A stretch of 64,000 nt of DNA from Anaeromyxobacteraceae bacterium. Its GTDB lineage: Bacteria; Myxococcota; Myxococcia; Myxococcales; Anaeromyxobacteraceae. The translations under genes were made by a program, and so were the position numbers. Positions 41,100 through 49,875 of this stretch are shown one piece after another. The stretch is taken from the NCBI GenBank assembly GCA_032654565.1, contig JAULAX010000010.1, positions 215,104 to 279,103 on the forward strand, in the 5' to 3' direction. The stretch's first letter is position 1; each line of letters starts with the position of its first letter. The notes beneath the pieces are model-generated. The model was not told the origin of the DNA, made no database searches, and saw only the letters and a list, made by a program, of their open reading frames with translations.

Positions 41100-41504
41100 T
41101 CAGGCTCCCGGGAGCAGGGCGTCGGCCGAGGCGCCCTTGAGCACCTCCTCGCCGCGCTGGTTGGTGGCCGAGACCTCGAGCCGGGCCAGGCCGCCCTCCA
41201 CCGAGGCGCACCGCCCCCGGAAGGTGAGCACGTCGCCGACCTCGACCGGCTTGGTGAAGCGGGCCGAGACGCGGCGGACCCGGGCCGGGTCGCCGACGTA
41301 GGCGGCGCAGGCGTCGGCCAGCCAGGCGAAGGTGCACATCCCCTGGAGGATGACGCCGCGGTAGCCGGCCTCGGTGGCCACCGCCGGGTCGATGTGGATG
41401 GGGTTGAAGTCCCCGGAGGCGGCCGCGTAGTAGATGGGCCGGTAGGTGTCGACCTCGCGCACCCGCTCGAAGGTCTCGCCGGGCGTGAAGAGGGGCGGGG
41501 ACAT
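41100..41504 (-). CDS. MaoC family dehydratase
   Basis: YAAASGDFNPIHID, ILQGM, RFTKPV. Confidence 0.88.
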   Translation of the reverse strand: MSPPLFTPGETFERVREVDTYRPIYYAAASGDFNPIHIDPAVATEAGYRGVILQGMCTFAWLADACAAYVGDPARVRRVSARFTKPVEVGDVLTFRGRCASVEGGLARLEVSATNQRGEEVLKGASADALLPGA

Positions 41505-41656
41505 GGGTGGGTGGTGTACGGGAGGCGCCGCCGAGGCACAAGGGGCGTGCGCCCCATCGCGGCGGCCGGGCTGACGCGAAGTGTCACGCCGCTCGTCGTT
41601 CGTCGCTCGTCGCCGCCCGGCGCTCCAGCAGGGACCCGGCCAGGCGCGAGGGGCCG

Positions 41657-42763
41657 TCAGCGCGGGGCCGGGGGTTCGATCGGCCCGTCCGACTCCGCCT
41701 CGGCCGCCGCCTCCCGCCGCCGCGCCAGGCTGGCCTGGACGAACTCGATGATCCGGTCGAGGTAGTCGGTGATGGGCGGGCAGCGGATCCCGGTCCCCTC
41801 CAGCAGCTCGAGCAGGTGCCGGGCGTCGTAGTTGGCCAGGTGGTCGACGTACTGGAAGGCCTGCGCGGTGGGGCCGCCGAAGCGCTGGACCAGCGGCAGG
41901 CGGCGCAGGGCGGAGAGCGCCCGCCCCGGGATGGGCACCGTGGCCAGCCGCCGCCCCAGCCGGTTGGCGATCAGCTCGTAGACCCGCCGGGCCGGGAGCG
42001 GGGCCGGATCGACGAGGTGGACGGTCCGGCCGGCCGCGGCCGGGTGGAGGCCGATGGCCAGCGCGGCGTCGAGCACGAAGTCGATGGGCACCACGTTGAG
42101 CGGCGCCTGCGGATCCTCCGGCACCGGCAGGGGGACGGTCACCGGCGCGTTGGCCAGGGCCAGGGCCAGCGCGTACGGCCCGTCGAAGCGATCGATGACC
42201 CCGGTGCGCGAGTCGCCGATGACCAGGCTGGGGCGGAGCACGGTCACCGGCAGCGCGCCGCGGGCCCGCTGCACCAGCCGCTCGGCGTCGTACTTCGACT
42301 CCTCGTAGCCGTTGTGGAACCCCTGGCCGGCCTCCAGCTCCTCCTCGAGGACCACGCCGGTGCGCGTCCCCGAGACGAAGGCGGTGGAGAAGTGGACCAG
42401 CCGGGAGAGCCGCGGCGCCTGCTCGCACAGCTCCAGCACGCTGCGGGTGCCGTCCACGTTGACGCTGCGGAGCAGCCGGTCGTCGGCGCCCAGCCGGGTC
42501 TTGGCGGCCAGGTGCCAGGCGTGGGTGAGGCGGCCGGTGAGGTGGCGCCACTCGGCGCCGGAGAGGCCGAGGTGGATGTGGGCCACGTCCCCCTCCAGCA
42601 CCTCGGCGTCGGGGCGGTGGCGCAGGGCCTGGCGGGCCGCCGCGGCGTGGGGCGGCTGGACCAGCAGCACCAGCCGGTCGCCCGGGATCGCCGCCAGCCG
42701 CTCGACCAGCTTGGTGCCGAGCAGGCCGGGGGAGCCGGTCACCAGGTGGAGCCGCTCGTCCAT
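41657..42763 (-). CDS. Extended SDR/NAD-binding oxidoreductase (thioester-reductase-like)
   Basis: VTGSPGLLG, HLAA, VNVDGT, FSTAFVSG, YEESK, RPSLVIGDS. Confidence 0.85.
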   Translation of the reverse strand: MDERLHLVTGSPGLLGTKLVERLAAIPGDRLVLLVQPPHAAAARQALRHRPDAEVLEGDVAHIHLGLSGAEWRHLTGRLTHAWHLAAKTRLGADDRLLRSVNVDGTRSVLELCEQAPRLSRLVHFSTAFVSGTRTGVVLEEELEAGQGFHNGYEESKYDAERLVQRARGALPVTVLRPSLVIGDSRTGVIDRFDGPYALALALANAPVTVPLPVPEDPQAPLNVVPIDFVLDAALAIGLHPAAAGRTVHLVDPAPLPARRVYELIANRLGRRLATVPIPGRALSALRRLPLVQRFGGPTAQAFQYVDHLANYDARHLLELLEGTGIRCPPITDYLDRIIEFVQASLARRREAAAEAESDGPIEPPAPR

Positions 42764-42770
42764 GAGTGGC

Positions 42771-43403
42771 TCAATAGCGCGCCGGCGCGCTCCCGGGAAG
42801 CCTCCGGCCCAGGCCGGCCCGCAGATCGGCCAGCAGCCGGGCCGCCCGGGGGGCGAGCGGGGCCGTCTCGTCGGCGTTGTCGACCACCACGTCGGCCCGG
42901 GCCGCCTTCTCCTCCACCGGCAGCTGGGCGCGGAGCCGGGCCTCGGCGTCGGCCGTGGAGAGGCCGTCGCGCGCCGCCAGCCGACGCAGCTGGGCCTCCC
43001 GCGGGGCCGAGACCACCACCACCAGCGCCATGGCCTGGTCGAGCCCCACCTCGTAGAGCAGCGGCGTGTCGTAGAAGACCAGGTCGTGGCCTTGGGACGC
43101 CAGCCGGGCGGTCTCCGCCACCATGGCCGCCCGGATGGCCGGGTGGGTGATGGCCTCCAGCCGCCGCCGCCCCGCCTCGTCGCCGAAGACCCGGGCCCCG
43201 AGCCCCTTGCGGTCGAGCCGGCCGTCGGCGCCGATCACCCCGGGGAAGGCCTCGCCGATGGCGGCCAGCGCCGGGGTGCCGGGCTCGACCACCCGGCGGG
43301 CCAGCTGGTCGGCGTCGATGACCGGGATCCCCAGGTCGCGCAGGGCCGCGGCCAGGGTGCTCTTGCCGGTGGCGATCCCGCCGGTGAGTCCGACCAGCCG
43401 CAT
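42771..43403 (-). CDS. coaE: Dephospho-CoA kinase
   Basis: GLTGGIATGKST, IDAD, LEAITHP, DTPLLYE. Confidence 0.96.
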   Translation of the reverse strand: MRLVGLTGGIATGKSTLAAALRDLGIPVIDADQLARRVVEPGTPALAAIGEAFPGVIGADGRLDRKGLGARVFGDEAGRRRLEAITHPAIRAAMVAETARLASQGHDLVFYDTPLLYEVGLDQAMALVVVVSAPREAQLRRLAARDGLSTADAEARLRAQLPVEEKAARADVVVDNADETAPLAPRAARLLADLRAGLGRRLPGSAPARY

Positions 43404-43407
43404 CCAG

Positions 43408-43950
43408 CTACCGGGCGGTCGGCTCGGCGTCCTCGGCGGGCGTCGCCGGCTCGGCGGCCGGGCGCCCCTTCGGCTCGGCCGGGTGGGCCTTCCCGGCGCT
43501 GGCCTTGTCGGCCGGCTTGGCGACCGACCCGGGGCCGAAGGAGATGGCCAGCACCCCCCCGTCCTTGTCGAAGTAGACCGTCACGCCCTTCACCGGGTAC
43601 TGCCAGACCTTCTGGAAGGAGTCGGTGAAGGTCCGGGTGGTGGGCTTGCCGTAGGTCCCCTCGATCGACTCCCCGTCGAGCGGGGTGGAGAGGAAGACGG
43701 TGATCTCCTCCACCACGCCGTCGGCGCGGGCATGGAACTGGGCCTCCTTGGTGCCGGGGAGGGCCTGCTCGCCCTTGTAGGCCAGCACCTGCCGCGGCCC
43801 GCGCTTGGCCCGGCTGGTCGGCTCGCCGAAGCGGGAGACCACCTCGTCGACGGTGGACTTGCCCGGGTCGACCCCCTGCCAGGCCTTGGCGGGGACGACG
43901 GCGGGGAGCAGCAGGGCGATGATCAGGGCGGCGAGTCGCGTCGAGGCCAT
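43408..43950 (-). CDS. Secreted hypothetical protein
   Basis: Signal peptide ending AKA, duplicated F/YGxP motif. Confidence 0.7.
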   Translation of the reverse strand: MASTRLAALIIALLLPAVVPAKAWQGVDPGKSTVDEVVSRFGEPTSRAKRGPRQVLAYKGEQALPGTKEAQFHARADGVVEEITVFLSTPLDGESIEGTYGKPTTRTFTDSFQKVWQYPVKGVTVYFDKDGGVLAISFGPGSVAKPADKASAGKAHPAEPKGRPAAEPATPAEDAEPTAR

Positions 43951-43970
43951 GGCGCACTATACTGCGACCC

Positions 43971-44408
43971 GTGCGCTTCCTCATCGTCATCGCGTCGTGC
44001 CTGCCGGTCCTGGTCGGGGCCGGGGAGCTGGTCGGGCCGGAGACCTGCAAGGGGTGCCACCCGGCGGCCTGGTCCAGCTGGAGGGACGGGCCCCACGCCC
44101 GGGCGCTGGAGAGCCTGCCGGCCGCCCGCCGCGCCGACAAGCGCTGCCTCTCCTGCCACGCCCCGGCGGCCGAGTCCGGCCTGGTCGGGGTGGGCTGCGA
44201 GGCCTGCCACGGGTCGGGGCGCCGCTACGCCGCCGCCTACGTGATGCGCGACGCCGAGCTGGCCCGCGCCGTCGGCCTCGTCGAGCAGGGCGAGCGGACC
44301 TGCCTCGGCTGCCACACCGAGAGCACGCCCAGCCTCGGCAAGTTCGATTACGCCCGCAAGGTGAAGCTGATCGCCCACCCCACCGCCGGGGCGCCGGGCG
44401 CCAAGTAG
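43971..44408 (+). CDS. Small tetraheme cytochrome c (c554-like)
   Basis: Signal peptide; CKGCH, CLSCH, VGCEACHG, CLGCH. Confidence 0.85.
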   Translation: MRFLIVIASCLPVLVGAGELVGPETCKGCHPAAWSSWRDGPHARALESLPAARRADKRCLSCHAPAAESGLVGVGCEACHGSGRRYAAAYVMRDAELARAVGLVEQGERTCLGCHTESTPSLGKFDYARKVKLIAHPTAGAPGAK

Positions 44409-44444
44409 GTCCACCGCAGCACCACCGCCGCGCCAGGGGTCACC

Positions 44445-45086
44445 GTGCCCATCCAGGTCGTCTCCGCAGAGTTCCTCCAGACCTCCACCAAGCCCTCGGA
44501 GTGGCCGCGCGGCGACTTCCCCGAGTTCGCCTTCGTGGGGCGCAGCAACGTCGGCAAGTCGTCGATGCTCAACGCCCTGACCCGCAAGAAGGGGCTGGCC
44601 CGGGTCTCCAACACGCCGGGGCGGACCCGCGCCCTGCAGTTCTTCGAGGTCCGCTACCGCCCCAACCCGGCGGCGCGCCCCCGGGTGGTCCGCTTCTGCG
44701 ACCTCCCCGGCTACGGCTACGCCAAGGTCTCCAAGGACGAGCGGGCCACGTGGACCTCGATGATCGAGGACTACCTGAGGGATCGGCACACCCTGCGGGC
44801 GGTGGTGCTCATCGTCGACGCCCGCCACCCGCCCATGGAGTCGGACCACGACGCCCTGCAGTTCCTCTCCGGTGCGGGCCGGATGGTGGTGGTGGCGGCC
44901 ACCAAGATGGACAAGCTGGCGCGCACCAAGCGCGTCCAGGCCCTGCGCACCGCCGAGAAGGAGCTGGGGCTCGGGCCGGGCGGCGCCGAGCCGTTCTCGG
45001 CCGAGGAGGGGACCGGCACCGACGCGCTCTGGGCCCGCATCAACCGGCTCTCCGCCGCCGAGGCCGAGGAGCCCGAGCCGGCCTGA
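44445..45086 (+). CDS. engB: Ribosome biogenesis GTPase YihA/YsxC
   Basis: GRSNVGKSS, SNTPGRT, DLPGYGYA, TKMDK. Confidence 0.95.
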   Translation: MPIQVVSAEFLQTSTKPSEWPRGDFPEFAFVGRSNVGKSSMLNALTRKKGLARVSNTPGRTRALQFFEVRYRPNPAARPRVVRFCDLPGYGYAKVSKDERATWTSMIEDYLRDRHTLRAVVLIVDARHPPMESDHDALQFLSGAGRMVVVAATKMDKLARTKRVQALRTAEKELGLGPGGAEPFSAEEGTGTDALWARINRLSAAEAEEPEPA

Positions 45087-45155
45087 GCCCGGTCCGGCTC
45101 CGGCCGAACCGGCCGTCGCGGCAGGCGTGGCCCAGCGGCTCCGGGTTGCCGCTGC

Positions 45156-45674
45156 TCAGCCGCGCTTGCGGGCCTCGAGCTCGTTGAGGATCCGCTCCAG
45201 CCGGCGTTCCTCGGGGCCGACGTCGAAGCCGACGGCGCGCGCCCCGTCCACCACCGCCAGGCAGAAGAGGAAGGTCTCGAGGTGGCCGCGCTCGGGCGGG
45301 TCGTCGGGGTGGTCGAGCAGGAAGTGGGTGAGCCGCGCCTCGGCCGCCTGCAGGTCGCGCAGGCAGACGGCGCGCGGCAGGCCGGGGAGGGGACCGCTGG
45401 AGGCGGTCGAGGGGGCGAAGGCCAGCCCCTGGTCGGCCAGCGCCACCGAGGCGCCGTCGCCGAACGCCACCGCCAGGTAGGGCCGGCCGCTGTCGGCGTC
45501 GGTCCGCTCCTCCAGCCAGGCCACCGCGGCCCAGTCGAGCCGCAGCGTCTTCTGCGCCGGCACGTCGAGCAGCAGCCCGGCCTCGGCGTCGAAGCCGAGG
45601 GCGAAGGGGCGGGCCGCCACGAACCTCGCCACCAGGGCCCGCTGGGCCGCCCGGTCGGTGATCCTCGAGGTCAT
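45156..45674 (-). CDS. Hypothetical protein
   Basis: ATGA-coupled to greB, host-like codon usage. Confidence 0.65.
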   Translation of the reverse strand: MTSRITDRAAQRALVARFVAARPFALGFDAEAGLLLDVPAQKTLRLDWAAVAWLEERTDADSGRPYLAVAFGDGASVALADQGLAFAPSTASSGPLPGLPRAVCLRDLQAAEARLTHFLLDHPDDPPERGHLETFLFCLAVVDGARAVGFDVGPEERRLERILNELEARKRG

Positions 45675-46150
45675 GGCGCCTTCCAGCGGACCTCGAGGAT
45701 GGTGGCCTCGGCCGGTCCGGCCGGGCGCTGCACCGTCACCACGTCCCCCTCGCGCTTGCCGAGCAGGGCCCGGCCCATGGGCGAGTCGACCGAGAGCAGG
45801 CCGCCCGCCACGTCGAACTCGTCGGCGCCGACCAGGCGCCAGGTGCGGGTCTCGCCGTCCTCCTGCTCCACGGTCACCCAGGCGCCGAAGTAGGCCTTGC
45901 CGCTCCGGTCGGCCTTCGGCTCCAGCACGGTGAGGGCGTCCATCCGCTCGGAGAGGAAGCGCAGCCGCCGGTCCAGCTCGCGCAGCTTGCGCTTGCCGTA
46001 GATGTACTCGGCGTTCTCGCTCCGGTCGCCCATGGCCGCGGCCGCCTCCACCTCGCGGACGATGCGTGGACGCCGCACCGTCCAGATGTCCCAGTGCTCC
46101 TCGGAGAGGTGGCGGAAGCCCTCGGGCGTGATGTAGCGGGGCGGCGACAT
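45671..46150 (-). CDS. greB: Transcription elongation factor GreB
   Basis: YITPEG, GDRSENAEYIYGKRKLRELDRR, FGAWV, SVDSPMGRALLGK. Confidence 0.93.
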   Translation of the reverse strand: MSPPRYITPEGFRHLSEEHWDIWTVRRPRIVREVEAAAAMGDRSENAEYIYGKRKLRELDRRLRFLSERMDALTVLEPKADRSGKAYFGAWVTVEQEDGETRTWRLVGADEFDVAGGLLSVDSPMGRALLGKREGDVVTVQRPAGPAEATILEVRWKAP

Positions 46151-46257
46151 GGCGGCGTGGAGTTCCATCGCCGCTCGCGGCCCCGGCGTCAAGACCGGCG
46201 CCGCCGACGGTGGGGCGGGGCTGGCGCGGCGGCGCGGCCCCGGGCTAGAACCGGGGC

Positions 46258-47166
46258 GTGACCATCAGCGATCTCCTGCGCTTCGCCCGCGAACGGGGCG
46301 AGCCGGTCTTCAGCTTCGAGTTCTTCCCGCCGCGGACCGACGAGGGGGTCAAGGCGCTCTTCGAGACGGTCGAAGCGCTGCGGCCGCTGGCCCCCGGCTT
46401 CGTCTCGGTCACCTACGGGGCCGGGGGATCGACCCGGGCCCGCACCGTGGAGCTGGTGAAGCGGCTCAAGCGCGAGACCGAGATCGAGGCCATGGCCCAC
46501 GTCACCTGCGTGGGGGCCTCGCGCGACGAGATCGCCGCCACCCTCGACGAGTTCGCCGAGGCCGGGGTCCGAAACGTGCTGGCGCTGCGTGGCGATCCGC
46601 CCAAGGGCGAGAGCGGCTTCACGCCCCACCCCGAGGGGTTCCGCCACGCCTCCGAGCTGGTCGCCTACATCCGTGACCAGCCGGGGCGCTGGGACTTCTG
46701 CCTCGGCGCCGCCGCCTACCCCGAGGGGCACCCGGAGACCCGCCAGCTCGACACCGACCTGCGCCACTTGAAGACCAAGGTGGACGCCGGCGTCGACTTC
46801 CTGGTCACCCAGCTCTTCTTCCAGAACGCCGCCTACGAGGGGTTCGTGGCCCGGGCCCGCGCCGCCGGCATCCAGGTGCCGGTGCTGCCCGGGATCATGC
46901 CCTTCACCAACGTCGAGCAGGTGGAGCGGTTCACCGCCACCTGCGGCGCCACCCTCCCGCCGCGGCTGCAGGCGGCCATGGAGGTGCGGCGCGGCGATCC
47001 GGACGCGGCGCGCGATCTCGGCGTCGCCTACGCCTCGCTCCAGTGCCAGGACCTGCTGCGGCGGGGGGCGCCGGGGATCCACTTCTACACCCTCAACCGC
47101 TCCACCTCGACGCGCGCCATCGTGGCGGCGCTGCGCGCGGCCGAGCCCTGGCGCGACGGCCGCTGA
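46258..47166 (+). CDS. metF: Methylenetetrahydrofolate reductase
   Basis: FSFEFFPP, SVTYGAGG, LALRGDPP, AYPEGHPE, TQLFF, HFYTLN. Confidence 0.96.
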   Translation: MTISDLLRFARERGEPVFSFEFFPPRTDEGVKALFETVEALRPLAPGFVSVTYGAGGSTRARTVELVKRLKRETEIEAMAHVTCVGASRDEIAATLDEFAEAGVRNVLALRGDPPKGESGFTPHPEGFRHASELVAYIRDQPGRWDFCLGAAAYPEGHPETRQLDTDLRHLKTKVDAGVDFLVTQLFFQNAAYEGFVARARAAGIQVPVLPGIMPFTNVEQVERFTATCGATLPPRLQAAMEVRRGDPDAARDLGVAYASLQCQDLLRRGAPGIHFYTLNRSTSTRAIVAALRAAEPWRDGR

Positions 47167-47207
47167 GGGCGGCGCTGCGGCGCAGCGCCACGGCGGCGCG
47201 GCGGTGA

Positions 47208-47279
47208 TGACCCCAGCGGGAATCGAACCCGCCTTGCAAGCTTGAAAGGCTCGCGTCCTGACCGATAGACGATGGGGCC
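47208..47279 (-). tRNA. tRNA-Glu(TTC)
   Basis: GGCCCCATCGTCTATCGGTCAGGACGCGAGCCTTTCAAGCTTGCAAGGCGGGTTCGATTCCCGCTGGGGTCA; canonical cloverleaf, CCA not encoded. Confidence 0.93.
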
Positions 47280-47289
47280 GAGCATCCAG

Positions 47290-47364
47290 TGACCCCACAG
47301 GGATTCGAACCGCTGGTTTCCGCCTTGAGAAAGACGGCGTCCTGGGCCTCTAGACGATGGGGTC
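47290..47364 (-). tRNA. Atypical tRNA-Glu(CTC)
   Basis: GACCCCATCGTCTAGAGGCCCAGGACGCCGTCTTTCTCAAGGCGGAAACCAGCGGTTCGAATCCCTGTGGGGTCA; one extra nt in the anticodon arm and one in the T-stem. Confidence 0.8.
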
Positions 47365-47652
47365 GGGGGGGTTCGTACCCAATGGCCGGGCCGGTGTCAA
47401 AGTCGCGAGCGGCGCCGGTCGTCCTGTGACGGGCCGATGCCGGCGCCCGACCCTCCCGGCCAGCCAAATCTTTTCTTCCCAGGCAAGGCGACCGGAGGGT
47501 CGTACCCAGATGTCTGGAGTTGTCGTCTGATGTGCGGAAACCGAATAGGCTCCGCACGATGAGGGGCATCTGACGGCGCACTGCGATATGTGAGAATCTC
47601 CGAGGCAGCGGGTAGGGCAGCATGGGTAGGCTCTTGAGGTGACGCGCGGCGC

Positions 47653-49875
47653 ATGGACCAGGGATCGCTCATCGTAGGCGCCTCGCTCGCCGTGGCTGTG
47701 TTGGGTGGCGCGGTCAACTACGTCCGCAAGGGCCGCCGGCAGCGCCGCGACGTGGAGACGCTGGCCGAGAAGGTGAAGAAGAAGCAGCACCTGGCCCGCT
47801 CGCTGCATCCCATCATCGACCCCGACATCTGCATCGGCAGCCTCTCCTGCCTGAAGGCCTGCCCGGAGGGGGACATCCTCGGCATCGTCGACCACATGGC
47901 GAAGCTGATCCACGCCGACCACTGCATCGGCCACGGCCGCTGCGCCGCCGAGTGCCCGGTCAACGCCATCAAGCTGGTGTTCGGCTCGGCCGAGCGGGGC
48001 ATCGACCTGCCCCAGGTGGACCAGTACTTCGAGTCGTCGCGCCCGGGCGTCCACGTGGTCGGCGAGCTGGGCGGGATGGGGCTGATCAAGAACGCCGTGA
48101 CCCAGGGGCTGCAGGCCGCCGACCGGCTGGTGGAGGTGACGCCCAAGGGCGGGACGGTGGTGGTGGTGGGGGCGGGGCCGGCCGGGCTGGCCACCTGCCT
48201 GGCGCTCAAGTCGCACGGCGTCGCCCACCGGCTCCTCGAGCAGGGCTCGGTGGGGGGCACGGTGGCCCACTACCCGCGCCGCAAGGTGGCCATGACCGAG
48301 ACCGTCGACCTGCCGCTGGTGGGCAAGTTCGGCAAGCCGCTCATCACCAAGGAGGAGCTGCTGGAGGGGTGGCAGAGGATCATCGAGAAGGCCGGGCTCA
48401 CCGTGGAGCAGGGCGTGAAGATGACCGGGCTGGAAGGGGCGGACGGGAACTTCACCGTCATCACCAGCAAGGGGAAGATCAGCGCCGCCAAGGTGGTGCT
48501 GGCCATCGGCCGGCGCGGCACGCCGCGCAAGATGGGGGTGCCGGGCGAGGAGAGCGAGAAGGTGGTCTACGCCCTCACCGAGCCGGAGCAGTACCAGGGC
48601 ACCCGGGTGCTGGTGGTGGGCGGCGGCGACTCGGCGGTCGAGGCGGCGGTGCAGCTGGCCACCGAGTCCAACGCCACGGTGGCCATCTCCTACCGCAACG
48701 CCGAGTTCGCCAGCTGCCGCGAGGCCAACCGGGCGCGCATCGGGGCGCTGATCGCCGCCGGCAAGATCCGGTCGCTGCTGCCCTCGCAGGTCAAGTCGGT
48801 GGAGAAGGACGCCGTCCACCTCGACGCCGGCGGCAAGGCGGTCCGGCTCGACAACGACTTCGTCATCGTCAACATCGGCGGCGAGCTGCCGCTGGAGTTC
48901 CTCGCCAAGGCCGGCGTCTCCATGCGGCGCTTCCACGGTGACGCCCCGGGCACCCTGACCCCGGCGTACGGGGTCAGCGTCGTCGGCGAGCCGGCCAAGC
49001 GGCCGGGCGCCTCCCGCCAGCGCGCCGAGCGCCGCAGGCTCAACGCCCTGCGGATCCTCTACGCCGTGGCCGGGGTGGCGGTGCTGGCCTACCTGGCCTG
49101 GAAGGGCTGGGAGTATTATCCTCTGGCGCGGCTGGAGCGGAAGCTCTCGCCGCTGCACAGGGAGCTCCGCTCGGCAGGCCCGTGGGGGCATGGCGTCGGC
49201 ATCGTCGCCACCGCCTTCATGCTCTCCAACTTCTTCTACGCCGTCCGCAAGCGGGCCCGGGTCCTCACCGGGTTCGGCAACATCAAGGGCTGGATCGACT
49301 TCCACGTCTTCGTCGGCTTCATGAGTCCACTGGTGATCGCCTTCCACGCCGCCTTCCAGATGAACAACCAGCTGGCCAGCGGCACCTACGCGGCGCTGGG
49401 GGTGGTGGTCGGCACCGGCATCGTCGGGCGCTACATCTACGGGCTGGTGCCGGTCCACGGCGAGAACGTCGAGGAGATCGAGGACCTGGCCGCCAACTTC
49501 GAGCGGCTCCGCGCCTTCGCGGCGCCCGAGCTGGGCCACACCCGGGGCGGCGCCGCCCTCCTCGAGCGGGTGGTGGCGCCGGTCCACGCCGGCTCGCTGC
49601 TGGTCCTGTTCCTCCGCTTCCCCTTCGAGGCGGTGGCGCTGCGGGTCCGGCTGCTGGCGCTGCGCCTGGTCATCGACCACCCCGAGCACTTCCCCGACCT
49701 GCGCGCCGCCCTCATCAAGCTGGCGCGCCTGCGCTGGCAGCTCCGCTTCTACGGCTCGCTCAAGACCCTGCTGCGGGGGTGGCGGCTCTTCCACGCCACC
49801 CTGGCGGTCTTCCTGGTGCTGGCCCTCTCCGCCCACATCGGCGTCGCCCTCTACCTCGGGTACGGCCTGCAATGA
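47653..49875 (+). CDS. Ferredoxin + FAD/NAD(P)H oxidoreductase + His-rich membrane domain fusion
   Basis: N-terminal TM; CIGSLSCLKACP and CIGHGRCAAECP; GAGPAG; GGGDSA; C-terminal TMs with WIDFH...IAFH and WRLFH...SAHIG. Confidence 0.88.
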   Translation: MDQGSLIVGASLAVAVLGGAVNYVRKGRRQRRDVETLAEKVKKKQHLARSLHPIIDPDICIGSLSCLKACPEGDILGIVDHMAKLIHADHCIGHGRCAAECPVNAIKLVFGSAERGIDLPQVDQYFESSRPGVHVVGELGGMGLIKNAVTQGLQAADRLVEVTPKGGTVVVVGAGPAGLATCLALKSHGVAHRLLEQGSVGGTVAHYPRRKVAMTETVDLPLVGKFGKPLITKEELLEGWQRIIEKAGLTVEQGVKMTGLEGADGNFTVITSKGKISAAKVVLAIGRRGTPRKMGVPGEESEKVVYALTEPEQYQGTRVLVVGGGDSAVEAAVQLATESNATVAISYRNAEFASCREANRARIGALIAAGKIRSLLPSQVKSVEKDAVHLDAGGKAVRLDNDFVIVNIGGELPLEFLAKAGVSMRRFHGDAPGTLTPAYGVSVVGEPAKRPGASRQRAERRRLNALRILYAVAGVAVLAYLAWKGWEYYPLARLERKLSPLHRELRSAGPWGHGVGIVATAFMLSNFFYAVRKRARVLTGFGNIKGWIDFHVFVGFMSPLVIAFHAAFQMNNQLASGTYAALGVVVGTGIVGRYIYGLVPVHGENVEEIEDLAANFERLRAFAAPELGHTRGGAALLERVVAPVHAGSLLVLFLRFPFEAVALRVRLLALRLVIDHPEHFPDLRAALIKLARLRWQLRFYGSLKTLLRGWRLFHATLAVFLVLALSAHIGVALYLGYGLQ

